Assembly (NCBI GenBank): GCA_038087875.1
Contig: CM075990.1
Coordinates: 14,510,001-14,574,000, forward strand
DNA: 64,000 nucleotides
Direction: 5' to 3'
Origin: Malacoraja senta
Taxonomy: Eukaryota
Part shown: positions 13,110-25,166 of the stretch, piece by piece
Layout of the letters: each line of letters begins with the position of its first letter
Numbering within the stretch: position 1 is the stretch's first letter
Position numbers and translations under genes: made by a program
Notes under the pieces: generated by a model
Told to the model about the DNA's origin: nothing
The model's database searches: none
What the model saw: the letters and a program-made list of their open reading frames with translations, nothing else

Positions 13110-13712
13110 ATGTCTGTTTAAAAAAGAAACTTGAAGTTATAAATCACAGCATTTGAAAACTGGGGGCATTGAGTATTTTTTGCACAGAGATTGCCAATTT
13201 TTTTTCTGGTAATGCATTTGATATTTACTGCCTCTGCATATCATTTTTATTCAATTTTAAAATCATGAATAAACTCAACAAATCAACAAACTTAAAGTTG
13301 ATAATTGGAATTTTATAGTGTCTATCTTGTAATACTTCAACCTTTCCCCCCCCTTTTTCAGGCCAGAGTGTTTATGTTAATAAACAGTATTGACTGTGTG
13401 CTCAGATGTATTTGTATTCAAGAGACAGATGATCACCATTCTTCATCTGTGGTTGAGTAAGTGGTTAGCTCAGCTGATTCCAATGAAGACAAGATTATAA
13501 CAAATGTGACAGCAAAAGAACCTTCTGTAAATGTGGCTCACAGAAAGCTGAGTGAAGAATGTGTTCGATTGGATTCCGGCCAAAATGGACCTTCACCAGC
13601 TTGACACTGAAGTCATTTTGGACCAAAATAGTGGCAATTTTTGTTTTACTTTCTGGATAAATGGGATGGGAATAGTGAACTAATCTAAACTTGGTGTCTA
13701 AACTTTGGCATA

Positions 13713-14035
13713 AGAACATAAGGACATGGAACAAGAGGAGCCCACGTAGTCACTGAAGTGGTCATCTTGGGTGTTCTGATCTTTTCCGTTCACTTTCCTG
13801 TCTGTTTCCCAAATCCCTTGGTCCCCTGCAATCCAAAAATCTGTCTATGTCAACTCTGTATTCAGTGACTCAGCCTCCAATGCTTTTTTGGGGGTAAATA
13901 ATTTAAAAGACACATGGGTCTCTGTAAAAAAGAAATCTCTCTTCATCTCTGACCTAAATGGATGACCCCTAATTCTGCAAGTAAACTCCATAGATCTCCA
14001 TTCTCCCACTAGGGGAAGTATTCTTGTTTCAATCA
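13713..14035 (-). mobile_element. CR1 LINE 3' end (degraded)
   Basis: aagaacataag tail; ORF relic PLVGEWRS...RIRGHPFRSEMKRDFF. Confidence 0.7.
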
Positions 14036-14195
14036 CTCTGTTTCACGCAGATCATCACTTCTCAACAGCAAAGAAAACATTTTTTACTTTTCCTCCACAA
14101 GACAAACCCATCAAGAATCTACTTGATGAATCTTCTTGGAACTGCTTTAATACGTGTTAAGATTAAGAAGACCTTAAGCAAGGAAACATTATGAG

Positions 14196-14360
14196 GTATC
14201 GCTGGGTTGTAAGAATTTCGCTTGGGCAGCTCACAACCCAGCGGTATGAATATTGAGTAGGAAGGAACTGCAGATGCTGGTTTAAACCGAAGATAGGCAC
14301 AAAAAGCTGGAGTAACTCAGCGGGACAGGCAGCATCTCTGGAGAGAAGGAATGGGTGAGA
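14196..14360. mobile_element. Rearranged PLE fragment
   Basis: FRLGSSQPSGMNIE coding relic, a local inversion, and a terminal repeat in minus sense at 14257-14358. Confidence 0.7.
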
Positions 14361-14610
14361 ACAGGAGAATGGTATAAGATCGCAATGCAAAATCCAAGTA
14401 GAACAAAATAATATGAAAATAGAATAATTGAATAGTTGAATGAGGTAGAATTAAGGGTAAGTGTATGTGACAGCACCTCCAGGAATGGGATGTGACAGAG
14501 GTGATTGGATCAGAGGTCAGACAGCAGTGGGGAAGAAACTTTTCTTTAAATCAGGACATCTGAATGTTCAAGCTTCTGTATCTTCTCCTGGAAGGTAGAA
14601 GAAAGAAAAG

Positions 14611-14746
14611 TTCATAAGTGATAGGAGCAGAGTTAGGCCATTTGGCCCATCAGGTTTACTCTGCCAATCAATCATGGCTGATCTATCTTTCCCTCAACCC
14701 CATTCTCTAGCCTTCTCCCCCAAAACCCCTGACACCCGTACTAATC
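14611..14746 (-). mobile_element. CR1 LINE 3' tail
   Basis: ataggagcagagttaggccatttggccc...atcatggctgatct...cccctgacacccgtactaatc. Confidence 0.75.
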
Positions 14747-14766
14747 AAAGGGGGTGACTAGCATGA

Positions 14767-14879
14767 AGGGTTTCGGCCCGAAACGTTGCCGAAGGGTTTC
14801 GGCCCGAAACGTTGCCTGTTTCCTTCGCTCCATAGATGCTGCTGCACCCGCTGAGTTTCTCCAGCATTTTTGTGTACCT
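14767..14879 (+). mobile_element. Young PLE-derived insertion with 16-bp TSD and 26-bp tandem duplication
   Basis: Direct repeat GGGGTGACTAGCATGA at 14751-14766 and 14880-14895; gaagggtttcggcccgaaacgttgcc occurs twice in tandem. Confidence 0.85.
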
Positions 14880-15899
14880 GGGGTGACTAGCATGACAGGA
14901 ATCCTTGACCATACTGTGAACCTTCCTGATGCAATGCACCATGTAAATGGACTGGATTGACGACAGTGATCAGCCTGTGATTCTCTGGGCTGTGGTCAAC
15001 AGCAGACTGTCAAGAGCAGAGCAGATACCATACTTTCCGGTGCAGTCATTGGATTGTATTTCAGAGGCGGGGTACTTAGCTGACACTATTATTGATCAAA
15101 GAGGGGAAAGACTGAATATTAAAGGAGGTCCCGGCATGGGGGACCTCCGTGACTGGGGGGGGGGGGGAGAACAAAGGGAGACCTGGAGCGGGATACTTTG
15201 TAACTTGTCGGCGCCCTTTATGTGCCGACTCTTTGCATACTTTGGGTACGCAAAACAAAGAACTTCACTGACACTTGTCACATGTGACAATAAAGTATTA
15301 ATTCATTCAATGTCCATAACTCAACGAGTTGTTTTCATGAAAGAATTTCCTCATCATTAATTATGACTCTGGTTGTAATTAAAATCTTATTCACAATCAA
15401 ATGCAACAAATTATAAATGTTTTGGGGTATTTTACAATAGGAATGACAAATTCCACATTGGATTACTAATTTTCCTTGGTTTGGTTGGAAAATGCTGCAG
15501 AACTGTAAAGTTTGTGCCTGGAACTGCAAGAGCAGCTATGGGATTTCTGCATGTAATAGTAACTCTCCCAGTAGCTCCAACCACTTTCATGGGATAATGA
15601 CAGCGAACATGACAGTTTTATTATAATTTTTGCGGCAAAATCTGGGCCAAAGAGAATATTCACAATCATTTGGTTTCATGCCCTGAAGAATATTTACAAT
15701 TCCTCTCTCTATTATTAAGAGCCATTAATCCATAATGAGATAATGGCTGTATTAAATGACATATCATATAAAACCATGGTCCTTGTGTTATTTTTACTAA
15801 TAGTATTTTCCTGCACTGTAATTTCAAATTAAGGAGATCAGGAGAAGCTCTGTGTAATAACACTGCCCTGGGCTAGTATCCTGAATTCAGTGGTGGGTT

Positions 15900-16124
15900 T
15901 ATCCAGCTTCTTGTTCTCACCCAACATACTGCTAACAATGGCCTGTTTCCTTTATCATCATCACTTTTTTTGCACATCTTTCATTCATTGTTCTTTATCT
16001 CTCTACATCATCGTCTATACCTCTTCTTTCCCTTTTCCCTGACTTGTCTGAAGAACCTCACCCTTCCTTTCTCTCCAGAGATGCTGCCTGTCCCGCTGAG
16101 TTACTCCAGCGTTTTGTGTCTATC
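15900..16124 (+). mobile_element. PLE 3' region and terminal repeat
   Basis: Pyrimidine-rich tract, ctgaagaa, then agatgctgcctgtcccgctgagttactccagc. Confidence 0.7.
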
Positions 16125-16856
16125 GCGGGTTTGACCTTTGATGGGATGCATTTAACTAATTGTGTAGCTCCCTAGTGTAAGAAGTGAGACCTCCCATCTT
16201 CTTTGTCCTTCAATCGACTGTGTTATCTCTGATTATCTCTGATTTAAAACATCATCCATAATTTCCAAGAAAATTTACTGGGCATTTTTACCACAGTGCA
16301 AAGATTTCAGCTTTTATTCATCCATGGGATTGTGTGCACAAATGCTCCATATCTATAGATTAATACGGAGTCACAAATTGGTCCAAAGACCTTAACATGA
16401 ACTTTTTGATGTTTTTCTTTTGATAAATATTTTACAGCAAGAGGGCAAGGTGAAAAGCAAGGTGAACTCTATTATTAGCTCCAAGATCTTGCTCATCTCA
16501 GCTGAAAGATTTTACACAGCTTCATAACATTTGTGCACAGAGGGAGATAGATCATAATTCAGCGCAATTTGATTCACGTTGTTGTTTTGCTCAGTGCGCT
16601 CAGTGTTTCTCAATGGTCATTTCTTCATTGTACGTAAAGGGTGCACTTTTTGTTGCAAGAACTTTCACGACCATTGAGTTGTACAGCTTCACCCAATGAA
16701 ACATCTGCCATATCTGAATGAATGATACGTTGCTGTCACATGTACCAAGGTACAGTGAAATGCTTTGTTTTGCAAACAATACACAAAGTATGCAGAGAGT
16801 CACCACACTCTTTCCTTGTCTGCATTCCTTGTAACAATGATGTCCTTAACTTCCTG

Positions 16857-17385
16857 TAGTTTAGTTGTTAGTTTTAGAGATACAGCATGGAAAAAGACCC
16901 TTCGGCCCACCGTTCACACTCGTTCTATGTTATCTCACTTTCTCGTCCTTTCCCTACGTTAGAGGCAATTTTACAGTGGCCAATCAACCTACAAACGTGC
17001 ACGTCTTTGGAATGTGGGAGGCAACCAGAGCACCTGGAGGAAGCTCACCGTGGTCTTGGAGAGAATGAGTAAACTCCACACAGGTAGCATCCAAGATACA
17101 GCATGGAAACGGGCCCTTTGGCCCACCAGGCCTATGCCGACCTGTTCACACTAGTTCCATGTTATCGCACTTTCTCATCCACTTCTAACACATTTGGGCC
17201 AATTTCAAAGACTAATTAACCTACAAACCCGGTTGACTTTGCGATATGGGAGGATAGCCGGAAGACATTTGTGTGGTCACAGGAAGAATGTGCAAACTCT
17301 ACGCAGCCAGTACCCTCGATCATCATTGAACCCGGATCACTGGCGCCATGAACAACAACTCTACCAGCTGCACCATTGTGCCACC
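16857..17385 (-). mobile_element. Two tandem V-SINE copies
   Basis: Two successive agatacagcatggaaa...aacctacaaac...aaactc units (about 16857-17095 and 17096-17385). Confidence 0.8.
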
Positions 17386-17992
17386 CAGAGATGGATTTGC
17401 CAAACACACAGTACGTGGAAAGTAAGAGCTTCCATCAGGGGAATCTGCCCACTGAACTCTCAGCAGATCAGATCCGGAGATCAAGTCTATTCATCTCAAT
17501 GAAGAAGAATGGTTGAAGATTCTAAAGAAGACTCCCAATGTCCATACGCTCCGCAAATGCTGCTTAACCCACTGTATTACTCCTGGACTTTGTATTTTGT
17601 GCAGAAGACCGGTTATCTGTTGCCATACTAAGAATGAAAAAACATTCATTTACTTTTCATTTAATTCAGTTTGCTAAAAAATTATCTAAAGACATTAAAA
17701 AATATATATATTTTAAACTTTTTATGATTTGATTAATGTTTTATTTATTTTTATTTTCCAGAAGGTCGATGTTCACAAAGGGGGACCTGGGGTGGGGTGG
17801 GGTGGGTCGCTGGGAACAATGGTGGACCCGATGGGGGGGGGGGGGGGGACGTAGAAGGGATGAGTACATTTTGTAACTTTATCGGGCACTTTTGTGGCGA
17901 ATCTTTTTTTGTACTCCGTATGCAAAAACACAGAGTGTCACTGCACCTAGCTAGGTGCAAGTGACAATAATCATCATCAGTATCATCACCAT

Positions 17993-18436
17993 GTGTAGGA
18001 AGGAACTGCAGAAGCTGGTTTACATCAAAGATAAACACAAAATGCTGGAGTAACTCAGCGGGACAGGCAGCAATGCAAATTGGAGGAACAGCACCTCATA
18101 TTGCCCTTGAGCAGCTTCAAACCCAGCGGTATGAATATTGATTTCTCTAACTTGCAGTAACCCTTGCTTTCCCTCTCCCTCCGTCCCTTCCCCACCCTAG
18201 TTTCACTGTCCTTCTGATTAATTTTACTGATTCTCGCTTTCCCCTCAGCTCACAATGAACCAATCTACATTTCCTTGAACATCGTCTGTCATTTTCACAC
18301 CTTACCCTTCCATACCTCTAGTCTCCCTCTCTCCTGACTCTGAAGAAGTGTGTCGACCCAAAACTTCACCCATTCCTTTTCTCCATAGATGCTGCCTGTC
18401 CCGCTGAGTTACTCCAGCATTTTGTGTCTTATCTTC
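17993..18436 (+). mobile_element. 5'-truncated PLE with inverted terminal repeat
   Basis: Inverted terminal copy 17993-18071; KLEEQHLILPLSSFKPSGMNIDFSNLQ* (end of the PLE ORF); pyrimidine-rich UTR; degraded hammerhead motif at about 18340-18367. Confidence 0.85.
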
Positions 18437-18981
18437 ATCATCATCATATTCAAAGTTTTGCTGCTTGGTAACTCAAGAGGTCATGACTGTCAAAAGGTTT
18501 CTTTATTGTTTATGAGGCGGGCCTGTCCTCTCCCCATCACATGAGTGGATTTCTGTCTGTCTGTGTGTGTGCACATCCTTGCCAGTCGGGATGTGGCCTG
18601 CCTCAGTAAGGATGTTGTAAATTGTGATTGTTAGGTCTTTGATCAGTGATACATTAAATAAATTCATTGCCTCACCATCTAGAACAAATAGTTGCCTTCC
18701 TTATTACCAACCCTAAGAGACTGTGCATGCTCGGAACAATAGCTGTAGAGAGGATATACAAACCATGTTCTTTGAAAGGAAATGAATCAACATGACAGTA
18801 ACAATAAAAGCACGTTATCTCATCCCCCCCCCCCCCCCCCCCCCCCGTCTCTTCCAAGAGTAAATGGAATTTAAAGTTCTTGTTTCCATGATTTCCCGTC
18901 ACCACGAGCTGTATGGACGATGTTCATTAATACTCACATAAATCTCTCTCCTGCACCATTGGCTTGGTGTGATCTTGCGGC

Positions 18982-19071
18982 ATTTCAGTGCACCAAACAT
19001 TGCCATGACAACCTCAACCTTTGGAAATTTCAGTGCACCAAACATTGCCATGACAACCTCAACCTTTGGAA
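18982..19071. repeat. Perfect 45-bp tandem duplication
   Basis: atttcagtgcaccaaacattgccatgacaacctcaacctttggaa twice. Confidence 0.95.
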
Positions 19072-19416
19072 GGATGGCGTTTTATGGAAGATAGAATTGA
19101 CTTGTGTGATATTCACCCATTGTCAAAATACACATCGACCGGGCTGGCATCGACGTTAACACTTTGTTCTGCGGTTCACTCTGACATTTCTAACACTTCT
19201 TGTGGTTATTGGACATGTTAGATGTCAGTAAATTTGGTGTTAAACCATACGATCTATTCCTGGGAACTATACCTTTCTTTGCTTTTGCTTTGCTCTCTCC
19301 ATCTATGGTCTTCGTAAACAATGATAATAATTCATACTATTTCCCACTTGAAAGTGACAATGTGCTGAGCACAGGATCTTGAGCAGATGCAGTAGTAAAT
19401 TCATTTGCACAAACCT

Positions 19417-19450
19417 TGCAGATTAGGTTTAATGTCACTAGAGGGTGCAC
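19417..19450 (+). promoter_or_regulatory. Candidate CTCF site (core plus upstream motif)
   Basis: Core GTCACTAGAGGGTGC, preceded by TGCAG at roughly the known upstream-motif spacing. Motif match only. Confidence 0.4.
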
Positions 19451-20264
19451 TTTCTGTGACCTGTGTCTATTTTTGAGACTGAATTGCTGTCACCCTCTGG
19501 GAAGGAACAACACTGTGCTTCATTGAAGCTTTAAGTTCACACCCATTGATTTGGGCATCGCACTCATGTTTGTGCACCAAATGCTGTTCTGCGATCTTTT
19601 TTTGTCACAACTTCAGGGACTGCACATGTGATCTCCACAATGTGAGCAGCTGATAGTGTGTCAAAACTCGTATCACAGTCACCTGAGATTACATAGAACA
19701 TCATGTGAACAGTCTTGGATTTGAATGTCATTTGCAATGAAAATGTTCCCAGAACTGTCAAAGATGTAGTGCGATTGTAAGGAGATATCCTGGCATTTCC
19801 TCACTGAGTTACATTAAGGTGACAGTGAAGATTGTTGAGGTTTGTTCAGGCATCAGTTAGACAGATCTGCCTATGTGAACCAATACATTGATTTGTAAGT
19901 TGCAAACATTCACTTTTAGTTTCGAGTTGAGTGTTCTGATGGGTGTGGCAAATAAGAAATAATTATTCAGGATCGTTGTTGGTCTCTCAGTTGACTTCAA
20001 AGTAGTTTGATGAGTTCTGACACGGTTCCTTTTTTAAAATGATAATCCCCTATGAAATCATTGAGTTTTTTTACCTGACTGCGATTGCTTTCTCCCAGAT
20101 AGACTTTCTATTTTGTAAAGATTGCTGCCATCACAATGGTTCTATACAAGGGCAGTATTTTATCTTTACTGATCCCATTTGGAATAACATTTTGTCTTTC
20201 TCAACCAACCATTCTATTCTCTGAACGTGGCAATGAAGTCTCATGTAGATCTAACAGCTTTATA

Positions 20265-20460
20265 TGTGTAGGAAGGAACTGCAGATGCTGGTTTAAACTG
20301 AAGATAGACACAGAAAGCTGGAGTAACTCAAAAGGAATAGGTGACATTTCGGGTCGAGACCTGAAGAAAGTTCTGAAGAAGGATCTCGACCCGAAATGTC
20401 ACATATTTCTTTTCTCCAGAGATGCTGTCTAACCTGCTACTCCAGCTTTTTGTGTCTATC
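20265..20460. mobile_element. PLE fold-back terminal repeat
   Basis: Inverted arms around ctgaagaaagtt; plus-strand motif at 20373-20400. Confidence 0.8.
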
Positions 20461-20639
20461 TAATAGTTTGATATCCTCCATATCTCCAACAAGGTTGCTT
20501 TAATATACAACCTTCATTTGGTTTTGGCCTCTCCTCATGATCAGAACATTCACATTTTGCCTCAGTTTCTCTCAGACCTGTGCAACATTGACCTATTGTT
20601 TTGTTTGGTTCTTGCTTTGTGCAATGGAGCATAATTATC

Positions 20640-20740
20640 TTGAAGATTGACACAGAATGCTGGAGTAACTCAGCGGGACATGCAGCATCTCTGGAGAGAA
20701 GGAATGGGTGACGTTTTGGCTCGAGACCCCTCTTTTGACT
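20640..20740 (-). mobile_element. PLE terminal repeat
   Basis: tgctggagtaactcagcggg...gtgacgttttggctcgagaccc. Confidence 0.75.
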
Positions 20741-21721
20741 GTTCATTAGTTAGGCTAAGACGAGCAGCTTTCTCAGAACTTTCTCAAATTTAATCAGATA
20801 ACACAAAAAAAATGCTTCTACCACCTCAGGGTAAAAATGGCAGAAATAGAAATTCTTGCTTTGGATGTTACTTGTTATCTTGATCTGTGATCACATACTG
20901 AGAGGGAGAGCAGGTGGATTTGGTAAATGTGGTCTTTCAGTCCCTTCAGTTCCGTGACCGATAATTATGTATCTGTTTTGCAACATCTGTTGAGCAACCA
21001 TCCATAAACGAAAGCCCTTTAATCCTTTCACTATATTGCTGAATCTGTGCTTTTTCATTCCCTTTCCCACATAAAAATGTGGAACTAATTACTTCAGAGT
21101 GGATTCTGGCATTTCCTGCTTGCTGTTTTGGTTTTAGCAAAATGCATTTCAGATATGTACCTGATATATTTACATAGCTTTGCACATTCATATTTTTTTT
21201 AAAGAAAGTAGTTTAAATTCTATTGATTCAGTGAACATTAGGTCCAGACAATTCTTAGTCCTTTAGTTGTACCTTCTTCTATCCACTTTAACATCCTCAA
21301 AAGAAGTTGAACCTTTCTTTTCAGAAAAAGCCTAAGACACAGAGTCTCTGTTGCTACAACAGAGTGCTTTAGATTAGCTTCCAGGTTGGCACTAATCCTT
21401 CCAAAATGGCGTTGAAATGAATTCTTAATAAAAACGATGATTTATCTTGCTTGTCTCATCACCTAGGTTGTCATTTCAATTGATTTAGGAGTTTATCTGG
21501 AAAAAAATATGCACTAAATGAATCACCTTTAACAAGCAGCCAATAAATTACATGAAAAAAATTCCACTTAGAACTAGGGGTGGGGAGATATTTGACAGCT
21601 GAGTGCTGAGGTAATGTAACCCTTTGTCTTGCACGCCCAAATTTTACTTGCCTCCTTTCTTTTCACTCTTTGCTCGTGGTCTGCCATTGTGTAACATTCC
21701 CCGATCTTGAGACTTGAATCT

Positions 21722-21760
21722 TGAGTCTGAAGAAGGGCCTCGACCCCGAAACGTCACTCA
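21722..21760 (+). ncRNA. Minimal hammerhead ribozyme motif (best-formed copy) in a PLE terminal repeat
   Basis: TGAGT-CTGAAGA-A-GGG-cctcgac-CCC-GAAA-CG-TC-ACTCA: 5-bp stem I, complete core, stem II, and palindromic ACGT stem III. Activity untested. Confidence 0.55.
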
Positions 21761-22220
21761 TTCCTTCTCTCCAGAGATGCTGTCTGACCCGCTGAGTTAC
21801 TCCAGCTTTTTTATGTCCAAATTTGGTTTAAACCAACATCTGCAGTTTCTTCCTACACAATCCCCAATCTTACTTGGGTAGATTACAACCCAACCATATG
21901 AACACTGTATGCCTGAATTTCAAGTAATATCACTCGAACCTCCCCCTTCCCCCAGCTCTTGCCTGTGTCTTTTCTCCACCCAGGTGCACATACATTTTTC
22001 CCACCCCTTCCCCCACCACTCTGTTCATTTCCCCTCCTCTGCATGCTCATCCTCAAATCCCCCATTTCCATTTTCATCCCTCCCTCTTTCCCCCATCTGC
22101 CCTTTACACTCCCGCTAGCTTAACATTACTCCTCCCTCCTCTTCTTGCCTTATCTGCCATTCTTTTGCCTCCTTTTCACCTCTAGGCTTAGTACTTACTT
22201 CATGCTTCACCCATATCTGC
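21722..22220 (+). mobile_element. PLE terminal repeat followed by an older PLE 3' fragment
   Basis: Terminal repeat 21722-21859; LGRLQPNHMNTVCLNFK* relic at about 21876-21928; then a pyrimidine tract. Confidence 0.7.
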
Positions 22221-23489
22221 AATATCCCAATTCCCTGGCTCAATTCTCATATCTAAAGGCTGGTCAATTATGGCCACATCTTTTCTAGTTTCAACTTCCC
22301 ACAGAAATCTAGGAAGCAATTGTAAAACTCCTGCAGTTACTGAACGTCTAAACTAGATGGAAATACTCAGTGTGTTCAATGGTGGTACAATGGCACTTTA
22401 TTGTCATGTGCACCTAAGTACAGTTTCATTTAGTTCTGTGACAATCCTACTAGACATTAGACACAATCATACTAAGTATAATGGTGTAACATTGTAGACC
22501 ACACTGAGTGACTACACAGGAGTCAACATGTTTTTGGTGCCATCTTCTGCCATTCAAGTCTGAAATTAAAAATAAATGTTAGTCTTAACTTGGTCATAAA
22601 GGCCCACTGTCTGGTGGCTGCACAGGGTCAGTGTTGCAGGAGATGACCTGGCCAGGCGATGTGTCGATGTTCTCGACCGCCGCTGTAGGCCACGTTCATT
22701 CCATGCGCACATTCACTTGGACTGGTGCCCGATCTAATGGAGCCCCAACTGCTTCAGGGCCTCCAGCGGTTCACTCCGGCGGCTCGACCACTCCACCACC
22801 TCCTCGCCTTCAGCCGGTGAACACGCTGCCCCCTTGCCCCCTTGCCATCGCTCAGCCCCTCCGTGCACTGAGCCACCTCCAGAAACCCACTAACTGGCAT
22901 CGATCAGGCAGCATCTGCGGAGAGGGAAACAAAATGATTGTTTCGGGTCCACGAGGACACATCATTTCCAACTTTTACTGTTTTAACCCAGGAGGCACCC
23001 CCTTCCCGACTAGGTGAATTTTCTACCTTGCAATTGCAGCTTATTTTTAGCATATCACACAATGGTTTAATATGTTTGAATCAAATTTTCACATCTCTAT
23101 TTATCTTTGGTCTTTTGTTATCATTCCATTCTGCTAGTTTGTCAGCAACAGGCAGTTTATAACAGATCTCAGAGCCACAACCATTTTATTCTTGATTGCT
23201 GCAAACTAAGTGTTACTTTACAAGTGATTTTCTTCACGATCCTGTTTTTCAGAAGGAGATTTGCATTTTTACTTTGTGACTTTTGCATTCAGTTGGATTC
23301 ACTTCTCACTGACTCATTTGCAGAGCTCTCAACTGTTCCAGCTTGCAGATCATTAAACTAATACCCCTCCAGTTTCTCAAATCTCTCTCTGTACTTTTAA
23401 AGTTTATCATTCACATACTCCTTCTGATATCAAAAAATAATTGCTCCTGCAGGCCATTTTTGTCAGCCAAACATTTTAAAATCATACAG

Positions 23490-23835
23490 CATTTGCTACA
23501 GGCCCTTCAGCTCAACTTGTTCATGCTGACCAAGATGCCCTAAGCTAAGCTAAGGTAGACAAAAGCTAAGCTAAGGTACCTAAGGTCCCTACCTAAGCTA
23601 AGGTGGAGCTTAGGAGCGAAGGATCTATGGAGCGAAGGAAATAGGCAACATTTCGGGCCGAAACCCTTCTTCAGACTGGAGATCTGACACTACCTAAGCT
23701 AGTTTGCCTGAGTTTGGCCCACATCCCTCCAAGCCTCCCATATCCATGTACCTGTTCAAGTGTCTGTTAAATATTGTGATAACACTTGCCTTAACTACCT
23801 CCCCTGGCAGCTCATTCCATATACTCACCACCCTT
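23490..23835 (-). mobile_element. CR1 tail interrupted by a PLE fragment with scrambled junction
   Basis: CR1 tail on both sides; PLE piece 23610-23680 with a hammerhead motif at 23647-23674 (minus); repeated ctaag units at 23560-23605. Confidence 0.75.
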
Positions 23836-25166
23836 ATGTATCCACCTCTGTATCGTTATGATACATAATACCCTATGTGGCAACTCTTTCCAATAAACAA
23901 CTGATGAATTATTTTACCCATTGTGATGTTGTCATTTATGAGTTGCGCAGCATTTCTACACTCTATTGAATGATATCGTGAACCACCTTATCTCAACCCA
24001 TTACAAATGATTCCCATTACGATAAAGAAATGGAAAAAAAACCCATTTGATTGGTCAATTGTCATCCTTCCATTGATGAGTTACGTTTTGGGATTTTTCC
24101 GTCGAAGGTAAAAAGAGACATCATTAACCTCCTCTCCGTTCTTCATTCTCAGTGTGACATTCCAAGTATTAATTCCCTTATCTCAAAGGATGAGTTCCTC
24201 TGTCTTGAATCCATATGGATGGGTCCATCAAGATTATCACAAATCTTGCAGCTGTTTCTTGACTCTGTAATCTGACATTGTTGATATTTTCAGACCCATG
24301 CCCATCAATCAATGACATATTTTCTTGGTTAAGTGAAGATATATGTGGTTTTCTTTTTCCTTATTAACCTTTCTTGGTTACAAGAGCAGTGCTGAGATTT
24401 TCTGTCCTTATCTTGGGCAGCCCTTTGATTTGCACAGAATGATATGTAGCATCCATTACACTCTCCTCTTGCAGAATAATTTCCTTTTTTTTTTGTTATA
24501 CAGATCTTCTTCACCCAATTCAAAATTGCACATGACTTACTGTCATTGATTTATAATGAATCCTTCACTTACCTCAAAGTAATAGGAAGAATGAACACCT
24601 AGACTCCTCTGTAAATGAATGCTTGATGTATCAATGTGAGCTGCAGAGATAAAAATACAAAATTTGATCAAAGGAAAATTATATCGGCGGGTTTCTCGAG
24701 GGCTTTAAGTTACATCAAATAGTACAGCACAGGAGCAGCCCTATGGCCAATAATGTTCATGCCGAACATGATGCCAAGTTAAACTAATCTCCTCTGCCTG
24801 TATGTGATCCATATCCCTCCATTCCATGCACATCCATCTGCCTATCTAAAAGCCACTTAAATACCGCTATCTGTTTACTTCTGGGGGTACTACCTTCACC
24901 CTTCTGGTTAACTTGCTTTTTCAAAATGTTCAAATTTGACTTCTTCCTATTTACCATGAACGACCCCCAAATTCCTTTGTCCACATTGGATTTCTTTTGG
25001 GAAATGACGGGACAATGTAAGTTACTCCTCCCCCCCCCCCTGCAACACACAATATCACGCGGGTTATCACCCTTCATGGTTCTATACACCTCAACGTGAT
25101 GACTTAACATGGCCAAATATTCAACCAGAAAAAGGGTGATAATACTTGAAAGAGGATGGGGAAGAA

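Larger units (their letters stand above)
14475..15045 (-). mobile_element. Rex1/Babar LINE fragment interrupted by CR1 and PLE insertions
   Basis: Minus strand reads TAQRITG...IYMVHCIRKVHSMVKDSCHASHP, then the insertions, then LFFLLPSRRRYRSL. Confidence 0.75.

Noticed and set aside
14765..14816. Functional tandem (dimeric) hammerhead
   Set aside because: Both units lack the CTGANGA half of the core.
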